DNA of 64,000 bases from NCBI GenBank assembly GCA_963749495.1, contig CAVVMW010000010.1, positions 512,001-576,000 of the forward strand, written 5' to 3'. This stretch comes from an uncultured bacterium (GTDB lineage Bacteria; Verrucomicrobiota; Verrucomicrobiia; Limisphaerales; UBA8199). The notes beneath the pieces are model-generated. The model was given only the letters and a program-made list of their open reading frames with translations, did no database searches and was not told where the DNA came from. How positions within the stretch are numbered: the stretch's first letter is position 1; each line of letters starts with the position of its first letter. The translations under genes and the position numbers were made by a program. Of this stretch, positions 43,817 to 53,097 are shown piece by piece.

Positions 43817-43845
43817 AACCGCGGAATACGCGGAATACGCGGAAA
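43817..43845. repeat. 9-bp-periodic repeat arm AACCGCGGAATACGCGGAATACGCGGAAA
   Basis: Exact reverse complement of 42543-42558 joined to 43357-43369. Confidence 0.9.
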
Positions 43846-44078
43846 ACAAAGCCGCTCAGCGATCCCGGTTTGGGATTGGCCGACATTGGGGCGGCCCCAT
43901 TCATGGCGGTTGCATCCGCATAGATACAATCACGGAAGGGAAGAAACAACGCCTGCCTTGGTCTCTTCAAGGGAGGTTACTTTTTTGTCCGGCACGCCGG
44001 AGCGAAGGCGTATCTCGACAGCACCACCACGTCCAGAACAGGGGCGGAAATCTGGAGACCAGTCTTGCCAAGCCGCAC

Positions 44079-44306
44079 GGCAACCCGGAGGGTTGCCAGA
44101 TGGCAGCCGGGGGTCGCCGCGCGGCGGTGACCCCCGGTCAAGGGTGGGAAGGAGCCTGCACCCCGGAACGGGGTGCCAGAAGCCTGCGTCCGGGCGCTCG
44201 AGCTGGCTCCTGGCATCCCTCCGGGATGCAGAGACGTATCACCCTTGGACCGGGGGTCTCGCTACGCTTCGACCCCCGGCTACCGTCTTTCATCCCTCCG
44301 GGATGA
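44079..44306. repeat. Nested palindromic REPIN-like element (third family)
   Basis: GGCAACCCGGAGGGTTGCC; GCAGCCGGGGGTC...GACCCCCGG; CCGGGGGTC...GACCCCCGGCTAC; CATCCCTCCGGGATG twice. Confidence 0.6.
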
Positions 44307-44405
44307 ACCTGCGTTGCCCGAACCGTGTCCCGTCTCTCCTACCCTGGCGGTGGTACTGGAGAGATACGCCCGGCGTGAGGGGTCTGATCCGTGAGGCTTG
44401 CGCCT

Positions 44406-45670
44406 TCACTGAGGCCCTACAGGTCGGTCCTTTTTCGACTGGTCTTCCACGACCACACGGAACCTCAGGACGCCGGGATAGGTCTTTGGTGGGCTCGGGT
44501 CGCTGCTGATGTATTCGACCTCGCCAACCGCGTAGCCGGCATTTCCTTTGCCAAAATGCCCGTGTTTGGCGTTCCGGTCGGCTCTCCCGCTGTCCTCGGG
44601 CGGGATGTGTTGCGGGTCCACCATGTCTTGACGGTCAAGCTCGCCCGTTCCGTCGCTGACCCGCTCCCACCCGGTGCTCAGCATATCATAAAACCCCCAG
44701 GCGTTTGGCTGCCTGGATTTGACCGGCTTGGTCGCATCGCTCACCTGGTTCGCGTACTTCCCGGCAAACGCCGGGTTCGACGTCCCTACGCGGGCTGCGT
44801 AATCCCACTCGGCGGCCGTGGGCAAGCGGACCTTCCGGCCGGATTTTTCCGAAAGGCGCCGGCAGAACTCGTGGATGTTGACGCAGGAAACGTTGGCCGG
44901 GGCCATCGAATCCGTGAACATCGGGTCTGTGTCGGGAGTTCGGCTCGCCATGGCGGCATCGTACATTTCCCACGTCACAGGGTGTTCTGCCAGGTAGAAG
45001 CCGCAGGACAACGTCACCATGTGCGGCGGGTCCTCTTGCCAGTGCGGGCACATGTAATAAGGCTCGCCCATCAAAAACCGGCCGGGCGGCACCCAGACGC
45101 ACTTCAGCGACAGGCGGTCGCTGACCTTCAGGACCAGCGGCTCCTTCTCAGGCATTACGAAGGGCTTGTCCGGAGACAGCATCTTGTCCGGGTATTGGAA
45201 CTGCGCCGGCTCGCACTTGCTCGCGGTGATCCACTTCCTGCCGTTTCGTTCCGCGATGATGCCGGTCACTGCCATTACCTGCCGCGCGTTGTAGGTCGCG
45301 TCCTTTTCCAGTTTCTCCGCCAACGGCCCGTCCACAAAGTATTTCAATCTGGCCGTGAATTGATCCAATAGTGCCCGGGCCGCGTCGCCGTCGAGCCTCG
45401 GTCAGGGTAATACTCGGCCATGATCTTCTCGAACTCAGACTTGATCTGCGGCGGACCGTCCAGGGCATACACGAATACGCTCGGGTCCTTTTCTCCCGTG
45501 TGGACGTGGTTCAGCACCATGCCCAAAATGGTGACTTGCTCGGCAGGCTCGGCGGCTCGGTCACGCGCATCCCCGGCAACCACCGCTCCCAAGACGGGAA
45601 CGTTGACGATCTGCTTCAGCACGAGCAGGCCGATCCAAATGAGGATTGATGAATGGCACAGACGTTGCAT
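44406..45670 (-). CDS. Formylglycine-generating-enzyme (SUMF1) domain exported protein; frameshift near 45395
   Basis: PPGRFLMG, HPVTWEMY, RLPTAAEWDYAAR, PNAWGFYDM; signal peptide in ORF 45344-45670. Confidence 0.8.
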
Positions 45671-45800
45671 CTGGGCTGCTAATTTGGCATTGTCGGCTAT
45701 GAAGATTCAACCCTCTTTTTTCATGATTTCGCTCATGGCCAGGATTACGGCGGCGTCCGTGCCGTGGATCCATTTCGCTAACATCCATTTTGGATGGCGA

Positions 45801-47258
45801 TTACTTAATCCAAGCCGCCTGCCGCAGCGCCTCGGTCTTCTGGGCGAGGCGAAAGATGCGGCGGGCGTTTTGGTGCAGGATGGGGTCGACCAGGTCCAGC
45901 GCATCCGCCGGCTTCAGCCAGCCCTCTTCCACCAGTTCCGCCAGCGCCTGGGCAATGCCCCGGCGCGCCATGGCGGCGTGGCCCAGCACGGGCTCCACGG
46001 GAATGTAGTCTCCACCAAAGGGCAGGAGCTTGTTGATCGGCGCGGTGACGATGTGCTTCTTGAGATAATCCTTGGCCGCCGCCGGATTGATGATCCACGA
46101 CCAGCACATGTCCACGTGCGCATTGGACCACTGCTTGGCCAGGGCGAGCAACTCCTCGTAGTACGGGTAGCAGATGTGCATGAACACGAATTTCGTGTCC
46201 GGCGACAGCCGGCAGAGCTCGGCAGCCGAACCGGCGTTGAGGCGCAGGCGGGACAACGGCATGGAGTCCTGGCCCGCGTAGTAGCCGGTGTGCAGTTTCA
46301 CGGGAAGATCGTGCGCGGTCGCCTCGTCCACCGCCTGCCAGAACAGATGGTCTTCGAGCAGCTTCCGGTCCCCGGCGCTGACCGGCTCTTTCGCCACGAC
46401 CTTCTTGAAAATCGGCTCGGCCTTCTCGGCCGGAACGCGCGCGTAATCAATGTCGCGGCTGTAGGCCTGCTGCGATTTCACAGCCACGGCGTACTTGGCA
46501 TAGCGATCGAACCACCAACGAATCACGCCATGCCAGTCCCCCAGCGTCTTGACTTCAATCCCCGCGGCGGCGTGCTGCTTGATGTCCGGGCCGGCAAACA
46601 TCCCCACGATGCTCAGGTCCTGCATGAGGAGCGTGGGCATGTCCGATTGCTTGAACGGTTCGCCCGTCAGGCTGTTGACCTGGCACGACTCGATCTTTGC
46701 GCGGTCCTGCAGGATCCGCCTGTAGAAGCCGGGGCGGCGCTCCTGCTCGTAGCCAGCCTGAACCTTGGCGATGCTCTCCTCCGACAGTTCTTCCACCCCA
46801 TAGAGTTCCCGGATCGAAATCCGCACCGCCTGGGCATAGCCGGTGTTCTTCACCGCAGGCCAGTAAGGCGCAATCAGCTTCCACTTGGCCAGCGGATCGA
46901 CCTCGGCAGAAAGGAACCGGCCCATGTCAGCCTTGGGCATCCCGGCGGTCAGGAAGTCCGAGTTCAGGTAGTGACTGAACAGCAGCGCCCAGTCGTCGCA
47001 AGGAACCCGTGAGTGCGGCGCGCCTTGGAGCCGTTCCTTTTCTTCGATCAGGTGTTCGTGGGTGTCAATCAGCGGCGCTTGGAGGACCCGTTCTGAGATG
47101 AGCTTCCGCGCCTCCGAGGATGCGGAAACCAGGCGCTGGCGTTGCGGTGCAGCCTCCGCTGCGCCGCCCGCCTCCGGACCGAGAGCGGCCACGGCAACGC
47201 CGGCGGTGCCCAGCCCTTTGAGAGCCGCTCTGCGCGAGACAGTCTGTCTTGTGCTCAT
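45801..47258 (-). CDS. Tat-exported amidohydrolase
   Basis: SRRAALKGLG twin-arginine signal; IDTHEH, KLHTG, FMH, FGGD. Confidence 0.85.
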   Translation of the reverse strand: MSTRQTVSRRAALKGLGTAGVAVAALGPEAGGAAEAAPQRQRLVSASSEARKLISERVLQAPLIDTHEHLIEEKERLQGAPHSRVPCDDWALLFSHYLNSDFLTAGMPKADMGRFLSAEVDPLAKWKLIAPYWPAVKNTGYAQAVRISIRELYGVEELSEESIAKVQAGYEQERRPGFYRRILQDRAKIESCQVNSLTGEPFKQSDMPTLLMQDLSIVGMFAGPDIKQHAAAGIEVKTLGDWHGVIRWWFDRYAKYAVAVKSQQAYSRDIDYARVPAEKAEPIFKKVVAKEPVSAGDRKLLEDHLFWQAVDEATAHDLPVKLHTGYYAGQDSMPLSRLRLNAGSAAELCRLSPDTKFVFMHICYPYYEELLALAKQWSNAHVDMCWSWIINPAAAKDYLKKHIVTAPINKLLPFGGDYIPVEPVLGHAAMARRGIAQALAELVEEGWLKPADALDLVDPILHQNARRIFRLAQKTEALRQAAWIK

Positions 47259-47453
47259 AGGATTGTCGGCAGGAGAATGCCAAAACCGGGGTGCGGAGCA
47301 ATCTTTTGTTCGGTATATCGAGCTTTTCATCAAGGTTGAGCATCGTGTCTGCGTGGCCAGTCCTGATTGGCTGGCGGCCGAACGCGTGGCCCTCGAGTTG
47401 ATGGGCATTGATTTTGGGAAAGTGGGCTATCGGATTTTCCTTTCCATTGAGGA

Positions 47454-48614
47454 TTGACTTCTGGCCGCAAACCCGCACCCTTTGCTCATAGACCTATGCG
47501 CGTTTGTGGCCAGTGGCGTGAATTTGGCAGATTCGTCATGCTGGCGGTGTCGAGCCTGATGGCGCCGAGTTTTTCCGCGGTGGGCGCTTCAGTGCCGGCT
47601 GAGGACTCCGTACCCATCAGCACGCGCACATTTCTGCTCGGGCTGAGCCACCATCCGGCCCACCGGCCGGGAGAGACGCCGCAGGATGTCCAACAAGCAA
47701 TGGCCGCCGCGGTTGGGTTAGCTGCGCAGAACTCCGAGGTGTTTGCCGTCTGGACGCTCAAGGACTGGTATGAGGAGTGGGAGGGCTATTACGCCAAGCC
47801 TTCGGTCGCGCAGCGCCGGGCTTACTTCGACTTGCTGGCCAGGCACTATCACCTCACCCCAATCTTCAACGTCAACTTCTGGACCGTTGTTCCCAAGCCG
47901 GGCCGGGGACTGGTCTTGGAGCTGGTCGTGCCGCCCGACCTGCACGGGTCCGTTACCCTGGCAGACCGCGAGTGGCGCCGTCGGTGGCTGGAGCACGTCA
48001 CGAAGGTTGCGCGCGAATTCCAGCCCGTGTATTTCAGCCTCGGCAACGAGATTGACTCCTTCTACCACTACGACCAGAGCAAGCAGCAGGATTTCACCAA
48101 TTATGTGTCGTTGGTGGCGGAATCCTACGATGCCATCAAGAAGGTGGCCCCGAGAACCAAGGTCATGGTGATCTTTCGCTATGAGGAGATGCTGGCCAAG
48201 GGCGGCCTCGACCTGATCACGAGGTTCAACCCCGCCAAGCTCGACGTGTATGGATTTACCACCTACCCCGACCTGCAGAAGTTCACCAGGCCGGCGGACA
48301 TTCCTGCCCATTACTACCAGCCGATTCGCGAGCGGGCGGGGAACAAACCGGTCGCCTTTACCGAGGTTGGGTGGGCGGCACGACCCGGGGACCCTGACAG
48401 CGAACAGAACCAGATGGACTTTCTGCGCTGGTTCCTGAACGAGACCCGCGACCTGAAGCTGGAGATGGTTTATTGGACTTTGCTTCACGACCTCGCCCCA
48501 GCCGAGAAGAAAGCCGCTCCAAGCAGCTATCTTGGCCTGATTGACTACTATGGAAGAGCGAAAAAGGCATGGGAACTTTGGCAAAAGCTGGCGCAACTGC
48601 CCCTCCAGCGGTAA
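47454..48614 (+). CDS. Clan GH-A glycoside hydrolase-like exported protein (start uncertain)
   Basis: LGNEID acid/base and AFTEVGW nucleophile motifs. Confidence 0.7.
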   Translation: MTSGRKPAPFAHRPMRVCGQWREFGRFVMLAVSSLMAPSFSAVGASVPAEDSVPISTRTFLLGLSHHPAHRPGETPQDVQQAMAAAVGLAAQNSEVFAVWTLKDWYEEWEGYYAKPSVAQRRAYFDLLARHYHLTPIFNVNFWTVVPKPGRGLVLELVVPPDLHGSVTLADREWRRRWLEHVTKVAREFQPVYFSLGNEIDSFYHYDQSKQQDFTNYVSLVAESYDAIKKVAPRTKVMVIFRYEEMLAKGGLDLITRFNPAKLDVYGFTTYPDLQKFTRPADIPAHYYQPIRERAGNKPVAFTEVGWAARPGDPDSEQNQMDFLRWFLNETRDLKLEMVYWTLLHDLAPAEKKAAPSSYLGLIDYYGRAKKAWELWQKLAQLPLQR

Positions 48615-48623
48615 TGCCTCGCT

Positions 48624-48700
48624 TTAAACCGCAGAGACGCAAAGGACGCAGAGAAGACAAACGAAACGAATCTCTGCGTTCTTTGCGTCTCTGCGTTTAA
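48624..48700. repeat. Complete palindrome of the CGC-periodic repeat family
   Basis: TTAAACCGCAGAGACGCAAAGGACGCAGAGA - 16 nt - TCTCTGCGTTCTTTGCGTCTCTGCGTTTAA. Confidence 0.85.
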
Positions 48701-49149
48701 TGAACGCTCCGACCTGCAACCTCCGTTCGGTTCCGCTTTCGCGGTTGACATCACCGGCTGGCTGAGCGATTGCACGATGGCATCCAGGAAGTTCACAGGC
48801 AGAACCACGGCAGCGCCGTCACCTTCTCATCGATAGCCTGAAGCTGGCGGGCGCGAACGCATTGAGCCGGACAGTGAACGCCCCCGCGTGGACAGGGGTC
48901 GATTGCCCGGCAGGCTGGCCGCGCAGATCCACCGGTTGAGCGTTGGCGACGGCCAGGCCCGCGTAGGGCGTGAGCCGAGTGGTGACTGCGAAGGGCAGGG
49001 GACTGCTTGAAGGCTCGTGTACTCCAGGGATGCGCCATCAAGCGAACTTGGTCAGCCCACGGAGTAGGGGTAGCGGCATCTATGGCAGGCCCGCCGCTTC
49101 CAGGGATCCCCCCAGGCGCATGGCGCCCTCGCGTTGGCTGCCACTCCCA

Positions 49150-49437
49150 CTACCGTGCTTCCACCAATTCAATTCGCAAGGATTTGCCTAATGCACGAGC
49201 GACACGCTCCAACGTCGAGAGCCGCGCGTCCTCGGCGTGGTTTTCCAGGCGTGAGATGGCGGATTTCTTTGTCTTCGTGCGCCGCGCCAAGTCCTCTTGG
49301 GTGACGCCAGCCTGTTCCCGTGCTTGGCGCAGCAGCACGCCGATCTTGAATTCCTGGTAGCCGGACTCGAAGCCTCTTGCGAATTTCGAGTCGGCGCGTT
49401 TGCGGCGTTCGATGAACCTGTCTAAGTCATCTTTCAT
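49150..49437 (-). CDS. XRE/HigA-like HTH antitoxin (orphan)
   Basis: [32 protein letters not shown]...[12 protein letters not shown]. Confidence 0.85.
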   Translation of the reverse strand: MKDDLDRFIERRKRADSKFARGFESGYQEFKIGVLLRQAREQAGVTQEDLARRTKTKKSAISRLENHAEDARLSTLERVARALGKSLRIELVEAR

Positions 49438-51647
49438 GGCCTTCTCTTTCGGTTTAGGTAATCGCTTCGGCGCTGTTCTGCGTAGGTGCTGATGGTTTCG
49501 AGCAGCGATTTTTCCCACTGGGCCAGCCCGATGCCCCGTTCAGGAGCCATCATGAACCCCAGGTCGGGGGTTCGATCCGCCCAGTGGTCCTTGGTATCAT
49601 CCAGCACGTGCACGAAATCGCGCCCGGCCACCGATTGGCCTTTCGGATAACGGCTTTTTTCATACGCGGCGGTCAGCTCGCCAAAAAGCCTCTCACCCTC
49701 GTTCCTCAGCTTTTCAATCGCGTCGTGTGCCGCCGCCAGGTGGCCGAGAGCCTCCGCCGGCCGCTGTATTTGGGCGGCAGCCTGGGCCGCCTCGCATTCT
49801 TGTTCGGCCTCCACCAAGCCCTGTAACAACCGCCAGTGGTGACCCATGAAGCGTGCCAGCGCCAGGAAGACTTCCAGGTTGTAGCGGTTGCGGTCCACGC
49901 GGGGAAAATTGGCCTCCAGCGCCGCCACGAGTTGGTCGTTTTCCGGCAGGCGACGGCGAGCTTCGGCGGCAAAATTGCCATATTTCTTTCCCAGGACTGG
50001 CGTCCATTTGAGGTCGGGCAGCGCCGGCAGAGGCGGCGGCGCCAGCGCAAGATCACTCCGCCCGGTGCCCTGGCCTTTGCCCCTGGAATTGCCGTAGCCC
50101 GGTCCGCGCGCCTTTGAGGTGATGCGGTCCCAGGTGCTTTCCCACGCACGCGCCTGCCGCTGCATCAAGCGGTAAATCTCGACCATGCCCTCCGTGCGCG
50201 AACCGTAATACACGTTGATGAAGTCCGCGATGTGCTGGTCCACTGGAGCAACGCCGGGGTTCCAGCCGTATTGCGCCACGGCCGACCAGCCGAGCCAGAA
50301 CGTTTCATTATGGAGGCCGCTATCAGCCCAGGCCGCGCCGAAGACGCCAATCGGGTTCGCTTGCCAATGCTTGCCCGAGGCAATGGATGCGGCGGCCTCA
50401 TCGAGATGCCCCTGGGAACGTCCTTTGCCGTCCTCGAGGGTCAGGTGGTTTGGAAACAGGAATTCCTCGCCTTGCATCGAAACGTAGGCTAATTGCCGCA
50501 TCCCCAGCTTCTTCTCGGCCGGAATGTAATCCGGCTCGCCAATCACGCCATCAATGACATCCGGTGGAATCATCGGGACGTGTTTTGGCAGCAAGGGGTA
50601 TTCGGCCCAGATGAGCATCCGCCGCCCCTGCTTTGCCAGGTGATCATGAGCGCGCCGAACAAACTCGACCCAGGCCAAGCTCCGGTTCTCCGGCGTGTAG
50701 GGCCTGTCGCCGCCCTCGATGCCCGCGTAATAAACCTCGTCCGTCGAGACAAACAGGTAATCCACCCCGCGCGTTGCCTTGATGACGTCGTCATACATCG
50801 AGAAGATCAGGTCGCGGGTTCGCGGGTCGCTCATCCGGCTTTGGTAGTTGTTGCCGTCGGCCCGCAGTTCGGCGAATTGCGGGTGCTTCAAAACGTAGGC
50901 CATGTGTGCGGGGGCTTGGATGACCGGCACGACCTGGATAAAACGTTCGAGCCCGTAGTTCACGATCTCCTGCAACTCGCTGGTGGTGAAAGCCCCCGGC
51001 GCGCCGATGACCGGGTGGGATGGATATTCGAACTTGTCCTCCAACTCGAAGCCGATCATGTTCGCTTTGAATCGTGCCGCCCAGTCCAGGTAACGTTTCA
51101 AGGTTTCCATGCGGTCCTGGTGGTGTTTGGTGTCCCAGTGCAGGAACCGGAGCTGGAGCTTGGGCCAGTCCTCGATGACCCCTTTGGGCAACAAGAGCCG
51201 ATCGGCGGCATCCCGTTTGATCAGTTGCACGAGGGTTTGCACACCGTAGAACAGGCCCGCGTCGCCGTTCCCGGTGATTTCGATGGCGTCCTCGGCGATG
51301 GTCAATCGGTAAGCCTGTGTGTCGATTCCCGGCTCAGACCGGGTGGCGACAGTCCCCGGCGAAACCGCCAGCCGGATGACCTTGGCGCCAGTGCCGCGCG
51401 GCAAGTGGAGCGAGTGGAACTCGGCCAAGTCATGCGCCAATGAACGGACGGCAATAGGGTTGGTGCCGGCTTTGCGGTCATCCAAGGTCCATTGGCCGCC
51501 CAGGACGACATCCCCATCTTGAAGCTGGACTGTCCGCGGGCTCGGGATGACCGAGCAACCGCGAAGCGACAATGGGGTGGGATTCTGGGCGCCGATTAAG
51601 CCGGCAAACGAGAACAACGCGGACACACAAAGGATTGGCAATTTCAT
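49434..51647 (-). CDS. GH20 beta-N-acetylhexosaminidase-like exported protein
   Basis: [29 protein letters not shown] catalytic DE; signal peptide MKLPILC... Confidence 0.85.
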   Translation of the reverse strand: MKLPILCVSALFSFAGLIGAQNPTPLSLRGCSVIPSPRTVQLQDGDVVLGGQWTLDDRKAGTNPIAVRSLAHDLAEFHSLHLPRGTGAKVIRLAVSPGTVATRSEPGIDTQAYRLTIAEDAIEITGNGDAGLFYGVQTLVQLIKRDAADRLLLPKGVIEDWPKLQLRFLHWDTKHHQDRMETLKRYLDWAARFKANMIGFELEDKFEYPSHPVIGAPGAFTTSELQEIVNYGLERFIQVVPVIQAPAHMAYVLKHPQFAELRADGNNYQSRMSDPRTRDLIFSMYDDVIKATRGVDYLFVSTDEVYYAGIEGGDRPYTPENRSLAWVEFVRRAHDHLAKQGRRMLIWAEYPLLPKHVPMIPPDVIDGVIGEPDYIPAEKKLGMRQLAYVSMQGEEFLFPNHLTLEDGKGRSQGHLDEAAASIASGKHWQANPIGVFGAAWADSGLHNETFWLGWSAVAQYGWNPGVAPVDQHIADFINVYYGSRTEGMVEIYRLMQRQARAWESTWDRITSKARGPGYGNSRGKGQGTGRSDLALAPPPLPALPDLKWTPVLGKKYGNFAAEARRRLPENDQLVAALEANFPRVDRNRYNLEVFLALARFMGHHWRLLQGLVEAEQECEAAQAAAQIQRPAEALGHLAAAHDAIEKLRNEGERLFGELTAAYEKSRYPKGQSVAGRDFVHVLDDTKDHWADRTPDLGFMMAPERGIGLAQWEKSLLETISTYAEQRRSDYLNRKRRP

Positions 51648-51660
51648 GTCAAAAATAGGA

Positions 51661-53079
51661 TCAAACACCATCGGACGCTCCATCCTTCAGACTGCCGAGC
51701 GATTTCGGTTTCAAGCGGGAGCCGCGCGTGACTATCGCCAGGTAAACGATGCCCACGCCCATCCACGCACACCCGACCAGGATGGTTCTTTCATTGAGGT
51801 TGCGCCAGACATAACCGCAGACCAGCGCGCCCAGCAGGGGGAAAACCAGGTTGGTCCAAAAACCGGCTCCGCTCCGGCGGCCCAGCCGGAAATAGTAATG
51901 CCTGATCACGCTCAGGTTCACCAGGATGAAGCCCACGAACGCACCGAAGTTCGTCAACTCCGTGACGCCTTGAAAATCAAACACGGCAGCGCCCAGCAGC
52001 GAGACCGCTCCCATCAGGTAAATGCCGCGTGTTGGGGTCGAATGGCGCGGATCCAGGTAGCCGAAGATGCGACGCGGGATCACGCCGTCGCGCCCCATGC
52101 CGAAGAGCAGGCGCGAGGCCCCGGCTTGCCCAGTCAGCGCGCTGGCCAATCCCGCCACCACCAGCACCAGCGTGATGAAACCGAACATCCACGCCCCGCC
52201 GACCATTCGCCCGATATCCAGGATGATCGTCTCGGCACTGGGAAAGGTTTTGTAGTCCGGCCACACCAGGGCGGCCAGATAGACAGTGACAAAGCAAATC
52301 ACCGTTTGCAGCACGCACACCAGCACGGTGGCAAAGGCGATGTCGCGTTCGGGATGCACCGTGTCCTCGGCCAGGGTGGAAATGGCGTCAAACCCGAGAT
52401 AGGAAAGCGTGGCAATTCCGGCGCCCAACATCAGCGGTTGAACCGCGAAAGTCTGGGGTTGGAAAATCGCCGCCTGTGAAAACAGACCCGCGAAACCATG
52501 CGCCGACACCACCCACCGGGCCGCCAGCCAGACGAACAGGACTGCGCAGGCGCTCATGATCACCATCATCACCTTGTTGGCCCCGGTGGTAAAGCGAATC
52601 CCGCGCAGGTTTATGACCGTAATGACGCCCGTGGATAACACCACCCAGAAGAAATAGGGGATGTTCCAGTGCAGATGAGGAACTGCCGGCAGAATGCGCT
52701 GCATGGTGAGCGCCACATAGATCACACTCAGCAGCGGGATGAGAAAATAATCGAGGATCATCGCCCAGCCTGCCAAAAAGCCGAGGTGCTCGTTGAGCGC
52801 CTTCTGCGTAAAGGTGTAGGTCGAACCGGCGGCGGGAAATGCGGTGGCCATTTTTCCGTAGCTGGCCGCGGTGAAAAGCATGGCCACCATTGCCACGAGG
52901 TAGCTCAGTGCCGCGTGCCCCCGCGAATTCTGCTGCACCAGGCCGAAGACCGGGTAGGGAGCAGTCGGGGTGAGAATCACCAAGCCGAAGAGGATCAGGT
53001 CGCCGCGCGTCAGCACGCGCTTGAAGCGCGGCTGTCCGCCGGGCACATCCCGGCCGGGATTTGGGACGGCATCATCCAT
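51661..53079 (-). CDS. APC-family amino acid/polyamine permease
   Basis: AGSTYTF, SYLGFDAISTLAE, SRLLFGMGRDG; multiple TM segments. Confidence 0.9.
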   Translation of the reverse strand: MDDAVPNPGRDVPGGQPRFKRVLTRGDLILFGLVILTPTAPYPVFGLVQQNSRGHAALSYLVAMVAMLFTAASYGKMATAFPAAGSTYTFTQKALNEHLGFLAGWAMILDYFLIPLLSVIYVALTMQRILPAVPHLHWNIPYFFWVVLSTGVITVINLRGIRFTTGANKVMMVIMSACAVLFVWLAARWVVSAHGFAGLFSQAAIFQPQTFAVQPLMLGAGIATLSYLGFDAISTLAEDTVHPERDIAFATVLVCVLQTVICFVTVYLAALVWPDYKTFPSAETIILDIGRMVGGAWMFGFITLVLVVAGLASALTGQAGASRLLFGMGRDGVIPRRIFGYLDPRHSTPTRGIYLMGAVSLLGAAVFDFQGVTELTNFGAFVGFILVNLSVIRHYYFRLGRRSGAGFWTNLVFPLLGALVCGYVWRNLNERTILVGCAWMGVGIVYLAIVTRGSRLKPKSLGSLKDGASDGV

Positions 53080-53097
53080 CGGCCAGGGCGGTGTTGT

